From NCBI GenBank assembly GCA_951406725.2, contig OX597822.1, positions 71,424,001 through 71,488,000 on the forward strand: DNA of 64,000 nucleotides. The letters run 5' to 3'. How positions within the stretch are numbered: position 1 is the first letter of the stretch; the number at the start of each line of letters is the position of its first letter. The notes beneath the pieces are model-generated. The model saw nothing but the letters and a program-made list of their open reading frames with translations. It was not told the origin of the DNA and did no database searches. Source of the stretch: Octopus vulgaris (Eukaryota). This document shows, in pieces, positions 1-12,952 of this stretch. Made by a program: the position numbers and the translations under genes.

Positions 1-115
1 TATGTACTAAGCTTAAAAGAAATAACTCCTGTGGTCGATTTGTTCGACTAAAGGCAGTGCTCCAGCATTGCCGTAGTCAAATGACTGAAACAATTAAAAG
101 AGTAAAAGAATAAAA
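1..115 (+). mobile_element. 3' tail of tRNA-derived SINE family 1 (octopus OR/OK-like)
   Basis: GTCGATTTGTTCGACTAAAGGCAGTGCTCCAGCAT...GTCAAATGACTGAAAC...TAAAAGAG matches the tails of copies at 9261-9650 and 12953-13341. Confidence 0.8.
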
Positions 116-180
<65 letters not shown>

Positions 181-265
181 ATTTCACTTCAATATGTTAC
201 ATAAATATAATATAAATTGATTTGCTACGTGGAAACTACCTGTTTATTTTATGATATATATATAT

Positions 266-435
266 ATCATCATCGTTTAACGTCCGTTTTTCATGCTAGC
301 ATGGGTTGGACAGTTTGACAGGGGTCTGGGAAGCCAGGGCGCTGCACCAGGCTCCATTCTGATCTGGCAGTGTTTCTGCAGTTGGATGCCCTTCCTAACA
401 CCAACCACTCTGTGAGTGTAGTGGGTACAGTGGGT
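266..435 (-). mobile_element. SINE family 3 (AGGAAGGGCATCCAGCTG core, ATG-repeat tail), 3' part
   Basis: Minus strand reads GTTAGGAAGGGCATCCAACTG...CCAACCCATGCTAGCATG...GGACGTTAAACGATGATG; many copies in the window. Confidence 0.8.
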
Positions 436-725
436 GTATATATATATGTATGTATGTATGTATATATACACATATATATATATATATGTATCTATGTATA
501 AATCATGTGCTCACACATGCGCACACATAAACTCAAATATAGATATATGTGTGTGTGTAAAAGACAGGTTTCCGTACAAATATCATATATAAAATTCTAC
601 TCACAAGATATTAGCTAACATGTGGTTATAGTGCCAAAATAGTTGCACCATGGCATTGAACCATGAACCATGCCATTGTGAAACGAATGTTTTAACCGAC
701 AACTATACCGACACCTGTATATCTA

Positions 726-726
<1 letters not shown>

Positions 727-774
<48 letters not shown>

Positions 775-789
775 GTATGTATGAATGTA

Positions 790-841
<52 letters not shown>

Positions 842-938
842 CATACATATATATACATATATATATACATATATATATACATATATATACTTATATATAT
901 ATATACATATATATATATACATATATATACATACATAC

Positions 939-1010
<72 letters not shown>

Positions 1011-1159
1011 TATATACATATATATATACATATATATACTTATATATATACTTGTGTGAGTGTAAACATACACACACATGTGCGCACATGTACATGTCTG
1101 TATATATATATGTGCGTGTGAGTGCATATGTAAGTGAGTATATATATATATGTGTGTTA

Positions 1160-1204
<45 letters not shown>

Positions 1205-1250
1205 TACATACATACAAACGTACGTACGTATGTATGTATGTACGTATAGG
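727..1250. repeat. Compound (TA)n/(TACA)n/(CA)n microsatellite
   Basis: Seen directly; source of the YI/HT-repeat ORFs. Confidence 0.95.
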
Positions 1251-2242
1251 GATGTTTGTGTGTGGGTGTTTGGAGCATATGTATCCTTAATGCAAAACAA
1301 AACATATTTTGCTATTAATATTGCTTCCATGATCAATATTCTACTTTTGAGCAAATTCTATAGAACGATAGTTGCGTCGCTGTTATCAAGTAATGTTGTT
1401 GCTGTTATTATAGTTTTTCTTTCTTTCTTTATTTCTTTCTTTCTTCCCTTCCTTCCTTCTTTCTTTCTATTTTCATTTTGTGTTGTGCAATTTATGGTGC
1501 CTCGCTCTTGCAAATACACGGTCATACTTGTACGGACGACATAACACGATGTTACAACGTTCACAAATGCATATGAATTTGGGTTTTTATAAAGTATCAT
1601 TAATGCTAGTTTATGATTGAATGAAATGGATAATGTCTTCTCTGTGATGAATATTTTGATAACCTGCTCTCTTCATATATTCTATAGACAGGATGCTTTT
1701 GGTTCATGCAATACATTTTTTTTTTATTTTGTATTCTATATTTGTATTACATATCGTATATTTATTTTCGTTGAGTATTGTGTTTGTTGTACTTTATTGT
1801 ATTCGAATATGTTTCTGTATTGTTCTATGATTTTGTCTACTAAATTATTTGTATATCCGATATTGCCTAACGTGTTTCATTCTTTTAATTTATATTTGTA
1901 GTGTTTCTTTTGTATTGCGGGGGAAGAATCTAAAGGCTCTTACGAGTGAGGATTTTATAACCGAAGTATATTCATAGGCACATTCATTTCATGCATTATG
2001 CCCAATCAGCATTAGTAATAATAGTATATTACAAAAACATGAAAATTAACAAATGGAGAACGTCAGAAAGGAAGCAAAGTACTAGTGATGGCCTACTTTG
2101 GCAAAAATCATTTGAACAAGAGAAAAGGAGCGATGAAAGGTATGTGCATGTGTGTGTGAGTGACTGTGTGTGATCTTCAAAGGTGAGTACACATCTATCT
2201 ATCTATATATATATATATATATCTATATGTATATATAGAGAG

Positions 2243-2299
<57 letters not shown>

Positions 2300-2317
2300 T
2301 ACATATACATATATATA

Positions 2318-2365
<48 letters not shown>

Positions 2366-2531
2366 TATATGCATATATATATTTATATTTACATATATAT
2401 ATAAATATATATTTACATATATATATATATATATATATACATACACACATACATATCTATATATGTATGTGCATATCTATGTATGTATACATACATATAT
2501 ATACATACATACATATGTATGTACGTATATA

Positions 2532-3140
2532 TCATCATCATCATCATTATTTAATGTCCGCTTTCCATGCTAGCATGGGTTGGACGATTTGACAGGTCTG
2601 GCGAACCAGACTCCAATCTGATCTGGCAGAGTTTCTACAGCTGGATGCCCTTCCTAATGCCAACCACTCCGAGAGTGTAGTGGGTGCTCTTATGTGCCAC
2701 CGGCACGAGGGCCAGTTTGGTGGTACTTGCAACGGCCACGCCCAAATGGTACTTTTTACGTGCCACCTGCACAGGAGCCAGTCCAGCGGCACTGGCAATG
2801 ACCTTGCTCGAATATTCACATGCCACCAGCACAAGTGCAAGTAAGCTGATGTGGTAACGATCACTTTTGAATGGTGTGCTTAACGTGCAATCGGCATGGA
2901 GGCCAGCTTGTTGCTCTGGCAACGATTGCACTCGTATGGTACCCTTAGCACTCCACTAACAACGGATGCCAGTCACCAAATTTGATTTCGACTTCGATTT
3001 CACTTGCCTCAACTGGTCTTCGCAAGCAGAGTTTAGTGTCCAATGAAGAAAAGGCATGCACAAGTGGACTGGTTACACCCCTTGCATAGACCACAAGGTT
3101 ATGGTCACACTTGCACTTGTCGAGTCTTCTGCAGCACAGC
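2532..3140 (-). mobile_element. SINE family 3, long copy with internal ~60-bp TGCCAC repeats
   Basis: Same core and ATG tail as 25690-26103 and 30360-30610. Confidence 0.75.
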
Positions 3141-3176
<36 letters not shown>

Positions 3177-3234
3177 TGAATGAAAATGCATTAAATGTTA
3201 CAAAACATTCACGTAGGGCAGACATAGAAGGACC

Positions 3235-3516
3235 CTAATTCTTCATCAGTTATCAACCAAAAATACCAATACTCAGTTTCGTGCTTTTAACGATAAAACT
3301 GAGAACTTTGTATATCGATGGCACCCGCAAAATTTTCGGGGAATTAAAGCTCAAGCAAATAAGACAATGTAGGGTGGATGTACGAAAGTAAATAAATGTA
3401 ATTTGAAATGAGAGACGATTTTGCAGGTGCTGCCGATATACGATGTTCTCGGTCTTATTGTTAAAGGCACGAAACGGTGTATTAATATTTTTGGTCGATT
3501 ACTGATGAAGAATTAG
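3235..3516. repeat. ~98-bp inverted repeat with ~85-bp spacer; probable Penelope-like terminal-repeat foldback
   Basis: CTAATTCTTCATCAG...GCAAAAT (3235-3333) is the reverse complement of 3418-3516 at roughly 80% identity; each arm carries CTGATGA and GAAAC. Confidence 0.65.
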
Positions 3517-3994
3517 TTATCGAACAAAAATATTAATACACAGTGTATTAATTGCCCTTGTGGGCAAAATCGTTTTGGTGGAAGGCAACGCTGCCCTTAC
3601 TGCACATGCACGAAACAATTTTGCCCACACGGCATTAGTTTTGGCAGAAAAAAAGAGAAAGTCAAATAGTTTTTGAAAAATCTCGTACAAGAAATAATCT
3701 TTGAAATACTTATTAAACACCCTATGAAAATAGAAAAAAAGAAAATTCAAATTTAAGTAATTGTCTCTGAAGAAGTGGTAGTAATAAAATTACCATTCAG
3801 TGTTCAATAAAATAACACAACTTATAAAACACGAATTAATTATATCCAAGAAAATATTAATTTTGCCTAAAAATGATATTTTATATTGCTCTCAGAAGAA
3901 ACATAAATGTTTGACTAAAAAAGAATCAGGATTTCAATGTAACAGAGTCTCATTCTGCTTTTTGTTGTGTGGTCGAGTTCACTCATGAGTTGTA

Positions 3995-4598
3995 CAATAG
4001 GGTGGTGCGTATTTTTATGATTTTTGATTTTGTGGTGGTGGGGTAGTGCAAAAAAGTTGTGAATGGACATTGGAATAACTGGTGTAAAATCTTAGAATTC
4101 TGCGTTGAGAAATGGAAAAAGTGTGTGTGTGTGAGGGGGGACGCCTCTACTTATTTATTAACTCTAAAATACAGTTTTCATTGTATCTTCTTTGAGTAGC
4201 TTTTAAATGGCTGTGATAAAATTACTCTACAATATGACAACATGTTCTTTTCTGTGACTTCATCTGCCTCAGTAAAGAAGGAAAGAGGTGTACTGTGATT
4301 TACATCTACATGAAAATTTTCCTAAATTCGATTTTGCATATTTTGAGGTGTTTGTAGAGACAGAAAATGAAGTTACAGAAAAAAAAACATGTTTAAGTTG
4401 TATTTTAGAATAATTTTCTCAGTCATTTACAAGCTACCCGAAGTAGAGGCAATGAAAATTTATTTTATTGCCAATAAATTAGAAACGTTTTCTTCTCACT
4501 TTTCCATTTTCCAACAGTTCTCTTGACGTCCATTTACAACTTTTCGCACAACCCCCATCACGAAATCGAAAATCATGAAAAGACGTTCCCCCCTATTG
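3995..4598. mobile_element. Palindromic MITE (Tc1/mariner-type, TA TSD)
   Basis: TA|CAATAGGG...CCCTATTG|TA; the arms remain alignable in inverted orientation for more than 200 bp. Confidence 0.7.
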
Positions 4599-6725
4599 TA
4601 CAATCATTGCCAAACTTCCACAACTGAATGGTTTACTTTGGTTACTTTTCAGATACACAAACTGTTCAACTAAGTGAGCATGCATGATAAATTAAAACCG
4701 AGTCCAACCTACTGAATTCCTTACTTTTTTTTTCTTTTGTTTTGAAATTTTGTCTTTATTTCCAAGAACTTTGTATTTTGTCTTTTAGATCCATGTTGTA
4801 AATATGTTCAGTGCGCAGGGTAAACGTCTGTAACTTGATCTTTAAATGGTTATCTTGTAAGGAAAGGCGGAGAGGGCTTTATAGGAAGCAGTTCTGGAAA
4901 GAAAGGCCTGACTGTCAAGATAAAAATTGCATCCTTTGGTTGTCAGATCCATACGTTCTTTCTAAACTGTAATATATATTCTCTGTAAGATTAATGTATC
5001 AACTTCTCTCTCTCTCTTTCCCTCTCTCTCTCCCTCTCTCTCTATATATATATATATATAGATATACATATACACACACATATACATACATACACACATA
5101 CATAGTTATCTACACACACGCGCGTGCACACACACACATACATATATATACTTATATATTTACACACACACACACATACACACACACACACATACACACA
5201 CACACACACACATATATACTTACATGTACTCTTGTCCTACATTAATGTCTGTCTTAATGTTTATTCAGGTAAATAATTGCTATTACATATTTATGTTTGT
5301 AGAAGTAGTTTTGAAAATAAATGTGGCATATAAACATATTTTAAAATGTCATTCCTTTCTCTGATAGATTCAATATTTATGCTATTTAATGCTATGGATA
5401 TTTTTAGACATCATAGCTTTATTTGCGGAATTGCACTATCAGTATTTTGGTTGTTGAAGGGTTAAGTACTCAAATGATCCTAGATGACTAAACTCTAAAC
5501 TTGAAATCTTCAATATCTCTCGAACCGTTCACTTGCATGACATTTATGAATGCCTGACATTTTCATGGGGAATTTCAGGATTGTCCTTCCTTCTTTCATC
5601 TGAAATATTTCTAGCCTTTTTGAAAGTTCTTGATGAGGTTGCTGACTGCTTCAAGATAAAAGATATTTTCTTTTCTATTTTCTTTTCCTTTGCATAGAAT
5701 CTTTTAAAATAGCATCAGCTACTCTACTACCAGTTTTTATCATAAAAGGATTCCACCTTTGGGATTCAGTCGTATGATGGTATTATTCCATCACTATTTA
5801 AAAACTTCAGAAATATAATATTCTATTTTAGATGTAGTAACATAATAATCGCATTGGAAATAGAAATATATTTACTTCATTGACATCCCATCTATCTGTC
5901 AATGTATTTTTGTTTGCTGACGACATTTTGGGATGATCTCAGTCCCTCTAATGCTATATAGAGGAGCGAACAGAGAAACTTAATGGCTTTTAAGTGAATA
6001 CAATGTTGGCAAATATAAGACATTATCAACAATTTTCGACTAAATATACAGGACAATTTGTGTCATATATAAACTGATAAATGACACATAAATAACAGTA
6101 CATTTAGTCGTGAAAGTAGCTTCATCTAAATGCTACAGGTTATGCTTTTGCACACGTGCTTGTAGCCAGGCCCAGGTGTATGACATACGTTGTTTTAAAT
6201 TACTGCCATATTTGTGTGTGTGAATATCAGCTTACAGTGCATATGGTTTATTGATGAACACTGTCTCACAGATAACTCCAAAAGATATAATCACAAATCA
6301 AAAAGTCAGCAATCGAGCAAACTAGAGCATGTCAATACACAGGGAAACTGACATAGTCGGCAAACGTTTCTTTAATATTGCCCACTGGAGCTTTCGCTCT
6401 ATGTGTCTGTATGGTCTCTCTGTCTAGTTAAAACCGTTTGTATTTTGTATTAATGTTTGTTCAGTTTTGTGAGAAGTTCCATATGCATTCATAGCAACTG
6501 AAATTCATTGCTACTGCATTTTGTTTCTTCAAAACTATACGAGCCTATGACACCGACGTTTGCTACACAGCATTACATTGTTGCCCATCCACTGTGAATA
6601 GACGCTCATAAAATTCTTGTGGATTGCTTTTCTACCAATAACGAAAGTTTAGTTTATTTACGCAATGAAGAAGAAATATTCTTCATCACTTATGAGAAGA
6701 ACAATGTCATAATGTACATATTATG

Positions 6726-7284
6726 TTGGGTTGTCCGGAAATTTCGTGCCAATTTTTAAAGGAAAGAAAAAGGTCAATAAATACTTGCCATTACATTTTT
6801 ATTCAACCAAATATGAATCATTTTGTTGAATAATGCGTCTCCATCTTTCCTTTAACTTGAAAATACCCTCTTCCCAGAATTGAGTTGGTTTCATCGCAAA
6901 GAATTCATCAAGGTATCTTTTTACGTCATGCAAGGAATTGAAATTTTTACCATTAAGATTATTCTGCAGAAACCTGAATAAGTGGAAATCCGAAGGAGCA
7001 ATATCTGGTTGAATATGGAGGGTGGGGTAACACATCCCAGCCGAGCTGCAGCAATTTTTGTCTGGTTCCCAAAGCATCAAGTGCCGAAAATGAATCTTCC
7101 GTTTTAAAGGGTTACAGAATTAACACAGGTTATAGGAACATAAACCTTCTGCCATGAAAAAATAGCTTAAACTGTACTTTAAATGGAGATGTAGTAAAAT
7201 CCTATTTTATGGACTCAACCATGTTCTAAAATAAGTCGAAAGTTTAGCTATCATAAATCGGCACAAACTTTCCGGACAACCCAA
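6726..7284 (-). mobile_element. Internally deleted mariner with both TIRs and transposase C-terminus
   Basis: TIRs TTGGGTTGTCCGGAAA / TTTCCGGACAACCCAA|TA; ORF 6799-7080 has PDIAPSDFHLF...FWEEGIFKLKERWRRII (YSPDLAPSD-type motif). Confidence 0.92.
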
Positions 7285-7305
7285 TAAATAAGTTTTCTGT
7301 AAATA

Positions 7306-7525
7306 AAGCGGCAAGTTGGCAGAATCGTTACTGCACTGGACAAAATGCTTTGAGGCATTTCTTCCGACTTCACGTTTTAAGTTCAAATGCTGTCAGTATC
7401 AACTTTACTTTCATCCTTTTGGGGTCAATAAATTAAGGAATAGCGAAGCACGGGGAGGGCGTCAATGTTATCGACTATCCCCCACCCCGCAAATTTCAGC
7501 CTTGTGCTTTCAGTTGAAAGGATCA
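7306..7525 (+). mobile_element. SINE family 2 (tRNA head plus Meta-like CTTTCATCCTTTCGGGGTCGATAAA domain), diverged
   Basis: Aligns with 8935-9165. Confidence 0.75.
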
Positions 7526-7739
7526 TTATTACTCGACATTTGATAGTATCAGGCAAATTTCTACTGCATCCATCGCTACACTTCCGTATTTCTGAGGCGT
7601 GTGCAACATTGTGTATTCTCTTTAAAATCAATATGTTTTCTATAAATATTTTCTCACTTTCTCATTCATAGCGATTTATTTCTTGCACAATCGTAAGCTT
7701 AAAACGAAAATTGTGATCAAGATTCAGTATCATTCGCAC

Positions 7740-8240
7740 GCTGCAATCTAAAATGCTTGGTGCTACCCACTTCTCCACATCCATTCTTACTCAGGCAATT
7801 ATTCTTTTAGAAACATCCTCCTCTACTTTTCACTAAGTTACCTGGGTAACAAAAGCTATCAATTATTCTGACGGAACTTTCAGAGCATTTGAAGGAACTT
7901 ATCTCATAGATGCTCTTTCTGATAAATACCCGTGTATCAACGAAATTTACCTTCCCTTTCAACCTGCCTGTGACCCTAGTACAACTCTTTAGCACCCATC
8001 ATTTAAACAGGGAACAATGTTTGGAATTTCTACCAATATTTTTTCTGCATATCGTTCACGGTCATTTCCCTGGTGATGACAAAGTTCAGACTTTTACATA
8101 AACTATAGTCTTTTCTATGTTTACTTTGATGCCTTCCAATTCTGGATTTTGCTTTTAACTTCAAATCTTTTTCTCTCTAAATCTTTGACCAATTCAGTTA
8201 TGAAAACTAAGTCATTGGCATTCAGAAGTTCCTTCTTGGT
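7740..8240 (-). mobile_element. Decayed RTE-type LINE ORF2 fragment
   Basis: Minus-strand remnants ANDLVF (YADD region), a Cys-rich GK.PC.IC..IGRNS segment, and IDSFCYPGNLVKSRGGC (VDSFCYLG-like). Confidence 0.7.
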
Positions 8241-8904
8241 AGTGTCTAAATCTTACTCTTGTGTAAGAGTATTCATCAGACAAAAATTTACTATTCATAA
8301 CCATTCGTCAATCTTGGTTTTTGGAGACTTTGAAATCCATATCATTTGTGTGTCTGCTTGACTGATACAGGATCAGGTGGCTGGCCTGTTTCTTGAAGTT
8401 AGTTTTGCTACACAGAAATTCAGGAGTATTGAACACTCAACCTTCCTTGTAACATACTTATAGCCACCATGTATGCCAGAGAAGCCACCATGTAATTGTT
8501 CAACATGCTTATTAAAATCGCCAATATTTGATAATGAGATCAACGTCAATCATTGTCAATGCAATGAAGGTGCTTCTGTTATCCACCAGCTCCAGCAGTG
8601 TAGCATGACTTGTCAGAGCCCAGTAAAAGACAAGTATTATAGCCCTAGCTGATGAACCGTTTCATCAATTACTAGTTTTGATTTTGCTTTTGAAATTCTG
8701 TACACAATGCAAAAGCCCCTGTAGCATCACCAATGCTTCGCCAGTTGCCAGTCTGTCTGTGGTACCTTATACCAAAGTCAATATCGATATCATATGCTTC
8801 ATGATTAACTTTAGCTTAATTATCCTATAGATTTGGCTACTATTTCCGACGGATCTAGGTGCCGTGTAGAAGCCTCCCTCATTGCCTCGTATACATATAC
8901 ACGT

Positions 8905-9175
8905 GTACAAGCTACAGCGGTACATATTCTAAAAGGCGGCGAGCTGGCAGAAACGTTAGCATGCCGGATGAAATGCTTAGTGGTATTTTGTCTGTCGTTA
9001 CGTTGTGAGTTCAAATTCCGCCGAGGTTGACTTTGCTTTTCATCCTTTCGGGGTCGATAAATTAAGTACCAGTTCCGCACTGGGGTCGATGTAATCGACT
9101 TGATACCTATGTCTGTCCTTGTTTCTCCCCTCTACGTTTAGCCCCTTGTGGGTAATAAAGAAATAGGTACATATT

Positions 9176-9208
<33 letters not shown>

Positions 9209-9258
9209 GGCCCCTGCACAAGGATAGCATGCAAATTCATGAAGCGTTCCATATTTTT
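8905..9258 (+). pseudogene. U6: U6 snRNA copy interrupted by a SINE (U6 5' part 8905-8934, remainder 9166-9258)
   Basis: ACATATTCTAAAATTGGAACGATACAGAGAAGATTAGCATGGCCCCTGCACAAGGATAGCATGCAAATTCATGAAGCGTTCCATATTTTT matches U6 with CpG-type substitutions; the 5' stem GTAC...GTAC lies upstream of the SINE. Confidence 0.93.
8935..9165 (+). mobile_element. SINE family 2 (Meta-like), full length, inserted in U6
   Basis: GGCGGCGAGCTGGCAGAA A-box, GAGTTCAAATTCC B-box; flanked by GGTACATATTCTAAAA at 8919-8934 and 9166-9181. Confidence 0.92.
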
Positions 9259-9260
9259 CA

Positions 9261-9402
9261 TAGGCGCAGGAGCGCCTATGGTTCCAAGTTCCAAGTTCAG
9301 TCTCACTGCGCGGCACCTTGGGCAAGTGTCTTCTACTATAGCCTCAGACCGACCTAAGCCTTGTGAGTGGATTTGGTAGACAGAAACTGAAAGAAGCCTG
9401 TC

Positions 9403-9443
<41 letters not shown>

Positions 9444-9650
9444 TGTGTATATGTTTGTGTGTGTTTGTTCCCCAATGTCGCTTGACAGCCGATGCTGGTG
9501 TGTTTACATCCCTGTAACTTAGTGGTTTGGCAAAAGAGACCAATAGAATAAGTACTAGGCTTACAAAGAATAAGCCCTGGGGTCGATTTGCTCGACTAAA
9601 GGCGGTGCTCCAGAATGGCCGCAGTCAAAATGACTGAAACGAATAAAAGA
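9261..9650 (+). mobile_element. SINE family 1 with rearranged head
   Basis: GGCACCTTGGGCAAGTGTCTT core, GTGAGTGGATTTGGTAGACAGAAACTG, internal (TA)n, conserved tail. Confidence 0.9.
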
Positions 9651-10528
9651 ATTCAATAAACTGTAAAGTAATTTGAAGGAGATTTGGCTACTATTTCTAA
9701 CTGGTTGACTGACCATATAAAGCAATTTCATTGGCTTGCTGTTGTTGTTGTTGTTGTTGTTCTTGTATGTGTGAGTCTATGTATGCTCATGTGTGCTGAT
9801 TTTTCATCAATATCTGTTGATTTTTATATGTTTGTTGTATGCTTGCTCTCTATATCTTTCTCTTTATTTGTCTGTAATAATCATTCGTGTATGTATGTCT
9901 TTGTGTGACTGTGTTTGTTGTCCTGTTTGTGTGTTAATAGAACTGAAAGAGATTAATCGAAGAGGCAAAATTAAATATTCGAAACCCCACCAAAATAATA
10001 ATAATAATAATAATAATAAAATCGAAAATTATCAATGAAATTCGGAGACAATATATTATGAAAATGTAATGAATAATAATGATAGCAACACTGATGAAGA
10101 CAATGTCATTAACAGCGCTATTGGATGCTGTTTTGTGTTATTGGGTTATTGGGTTATTCGGTGTTGTTCCGTTATTTGATACTGTCAACCAATAATAGCG
10201 AAACCTTTGAGTTTATCTGTAGGTGTGTGTGTGTATGGCAGTGTGACTGCAGACTGATCCAAGAGCGAATAGTTGAGAGTAATTTCATTAGTTGAAAATA
10301 ATTGGGATCAACTGGGGTTGTTCCAAATGATATTCTCTCGATTACAACTCAGCACCTGGTTTTTGTCTTTGGGTTTGCACTTGCACTATATAAATATTTT
10401 TTGTATTCGTGTCGTAGGTATGCATGGCATTATATATGTCAGATGGGGTGTGGACGAAAGAATGAAGATGAAAGGGAAAACTTATGAAGGAAGTGAACGG
10501 ATAAAAGGAATGGGAGATGTTTAAAGTC

Positions 10529-10586
<58 letters not shown>

Positions 10587-10751
10587 TTGTCTTCTTTCAA
10601 TTCTGTTTCTACTTCTCGCCGAGTGTCTTCTTGACACCTAGGGCAGAGAAACTACTGAATACATTTGCAGGGCATTAAAATAAACACACGATATTGTTCA
10701 TTTACAAAGTCATGTGATAGAGAAAAAGGGGAAGAAAGACCTAGAGAAGGA

Positions 10752-11080
10752 TATTATTATTATTATTATTATTATTTACTTTTAATCTGCATGTTTGTTA
10801 CAATCACTCGCTGAGACACATCCAGCGTCCTAGGGCAGGTGAAGGATGAGATGTTACAATATGACTGAAACCTTGGAGAGGGCAAGTGGAAGGGGCAGTA
10901 GCAAAATGTCTTCATGTAATACAACACACACATTTCAATTGATAGGGTTTTTCTAAAGATGTGGGCAGTATTTGGTAGCACAATCTTTCATATTTCTCTG
11001 AGACATGGTTCTCCTGGGATATTATCTAGATGTTTCTGATATTCCTTTCTTATCATACCAAGGGCATTTATTAATGTTAT
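10752..11080 (-). mobile_element. R4/Dong-like RLE LINE 3' end in an (AAT)n microsatellite
   Basis: Minus strand NALGMIRKEYQKHL...KIVLPNTAHIFRKTL, then 3' UTR and (AAT)n tail. Confidence 0.75.
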
Positions 11081-11906
11081 GTTCGTATTATTATTATTAT
11101 TATGTTTGAACAGACAAGTATACAAGTATATGGTGATATATTCATATGTATTACTTTTGTAAATATAAATACATTAATCTACCCAAACAATACATTTTCT
11201 AATCGCTCTTTCGAGAGAAACTTGTGAGAGTTCTTTTAATATAACTTTGTCTATTTTTACTTTTACACCTACTTACAAACTTACAAGCTCGGTAACAACA
11301 GCAGTAAACTTAGCTGTTAACTTGGATAAACTGTAAAGATTTTGCTTGGCTGAAACAATATTACAGGACAAAAACAGTTTGAATCCAAGAAACAATATTA
11401 GTCGTAACTACATGCAGCCACCAAAATATCTGCTAAGTAATTTTCAAAATAAACAGCCACCGCAGAAATTTTCAACGAGAAGTTTCTAGAACCAAAACAT
11501 ATTCTATAATCTCTTTTCACTTTCGGTTTAGCTTTTTGGTGTTCTTTCTCTTTGGTTATTTCTATTTCTTTTCTGGTGGTGTAGACTGTTTATTCTATGT
11601 AACATAGGGAATGGATAGCGACTTCTAAGCACGTTTTAAAAGTTAACAATTATTTTGTTCTTATATTCTATAACTTGCTTTCACTTTTCCTTGCTTTATT
11701 GTCTTCACTTGTTTCACTCATTGGTCTGTGGCCATGCTGGAGTACCGCCTTTATGGGTTTAATCAAAATGATAAACCCTAGCATGTGTTTTGAAATCTGG
11801 ATCTCATTCTATCAGTTTCTTTTACTGAAAGGTTAAATTAAGGGGACATGAACAAACCAACAATGATCAAGTGGAGAGAGTTACATACACAAATGCATGC
11901 GTGCAT

Positions 11907-11938
<32 letters not shown>

Positions 11939-12118
11939 AAACACGCACGATGGGCTTCCACACAGCTTATGCTTACCAAAAGTCACTCATAAGGCATTAG
12001 TCAGTCTGCGATTATCATAAAATACACTTACCTGAGGTGCCATGCAGCGGGACTGAACCTGAAAAAAACACAGTTGTAAAGTGAGCTTCTCATTATGGTA
12101 ATATTTTCATGGCAATTA

Positions 12119-12335
12119 AGGTGGCGAGCTGGCAGAAACGTTAGCACGCCGGGTGAAATGCTTAGTGGTATTTCATCTGTCTTTACGTTCTGAGTTCAAA
12201 TTCTGCCAAGGTCGACTTTGTCTTTCAACCTTTTGGGGTCAGTAAATTGAGTACCAGTTGCGTACTGGGGTTGATCTAATCGACTGGACACCTCACCCAA
12301 AATTTCGGGCCTTGTGCCAAGAGCAGAAAAGAATA
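12119..12335 (+). mobile_element. SINE family 2 (Meta-like)
   Basis: Head and core as in 8935-9165; the flanks share ATATTTTCATGG(C/T)AATT, a likely TSD. Confidence 0.88.
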
Positions 12336-12952
12336 TTTTCATGGTAATTGAGTGTGAGTGATCTTTTGTGAATATCTACAATGCGCAAGATCAAATTACA
12401 CTGCTCTTTATTCATTATTGATTTTCATTCATTTAGTTTTCATTTGATTTTATCATTACACACACTCTCAATCAACTGATTTCTTTTTATTTTCACTGTT
12501 TGAATATTTATATTTACAGTTTCCGATTTCATTTCTCAAATTTTGTTCAAAAAGTAGAGACGTGAATCTCAAAATTACGCGAGAAGTTTCATCTTTCACG
12601 TGCACGCATACGTCTGTGTATGTGTGTGTGTGTGCACGCATGCGTATATGTGCATGCGTGTGTCTGTGTGTTAGTTAATGTGTGTTTATTTTCAAACTGA
12701 CAAATCCCAGCCCTCCTGCCAAATATTACTGTTATGAAGACGAAGTAGAGTTTTATACTAAATTCTTCTTTCTTCACCATGGTGATGAACAAGTATAGAA
12801 GCCTAAAACTGTCTGCATTTTATTAACTATTCCATTTTTAACTATTCCATTACTCCTTTTCCTGTCCGTTTGGACAGTCTGATAATATTTGGATATTTGG
12901 ACAGACTGGTAATATTTCTGTCTATTTCGACAGTCTGAAAATATTTGGATTC

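Noticed and set aside
692-1354. Long YI/VC/HT-rich ORFs here and throughout the window
   Set aside because: Translations of dinucleotide and tetranucleotide microsatellites, open in several frames on both strands
3546-3810. Crypton-like non-autonomous repeat with internal hairpin (3559-3629)
   Set aside because: The hairpin is real but the family assignment cannot be supported from one copy
8240-8800. Possible Gypsy integrase remnant (EQLHGGFSGI) on the minus strand
   Set aside because: Too decayed to support by eye
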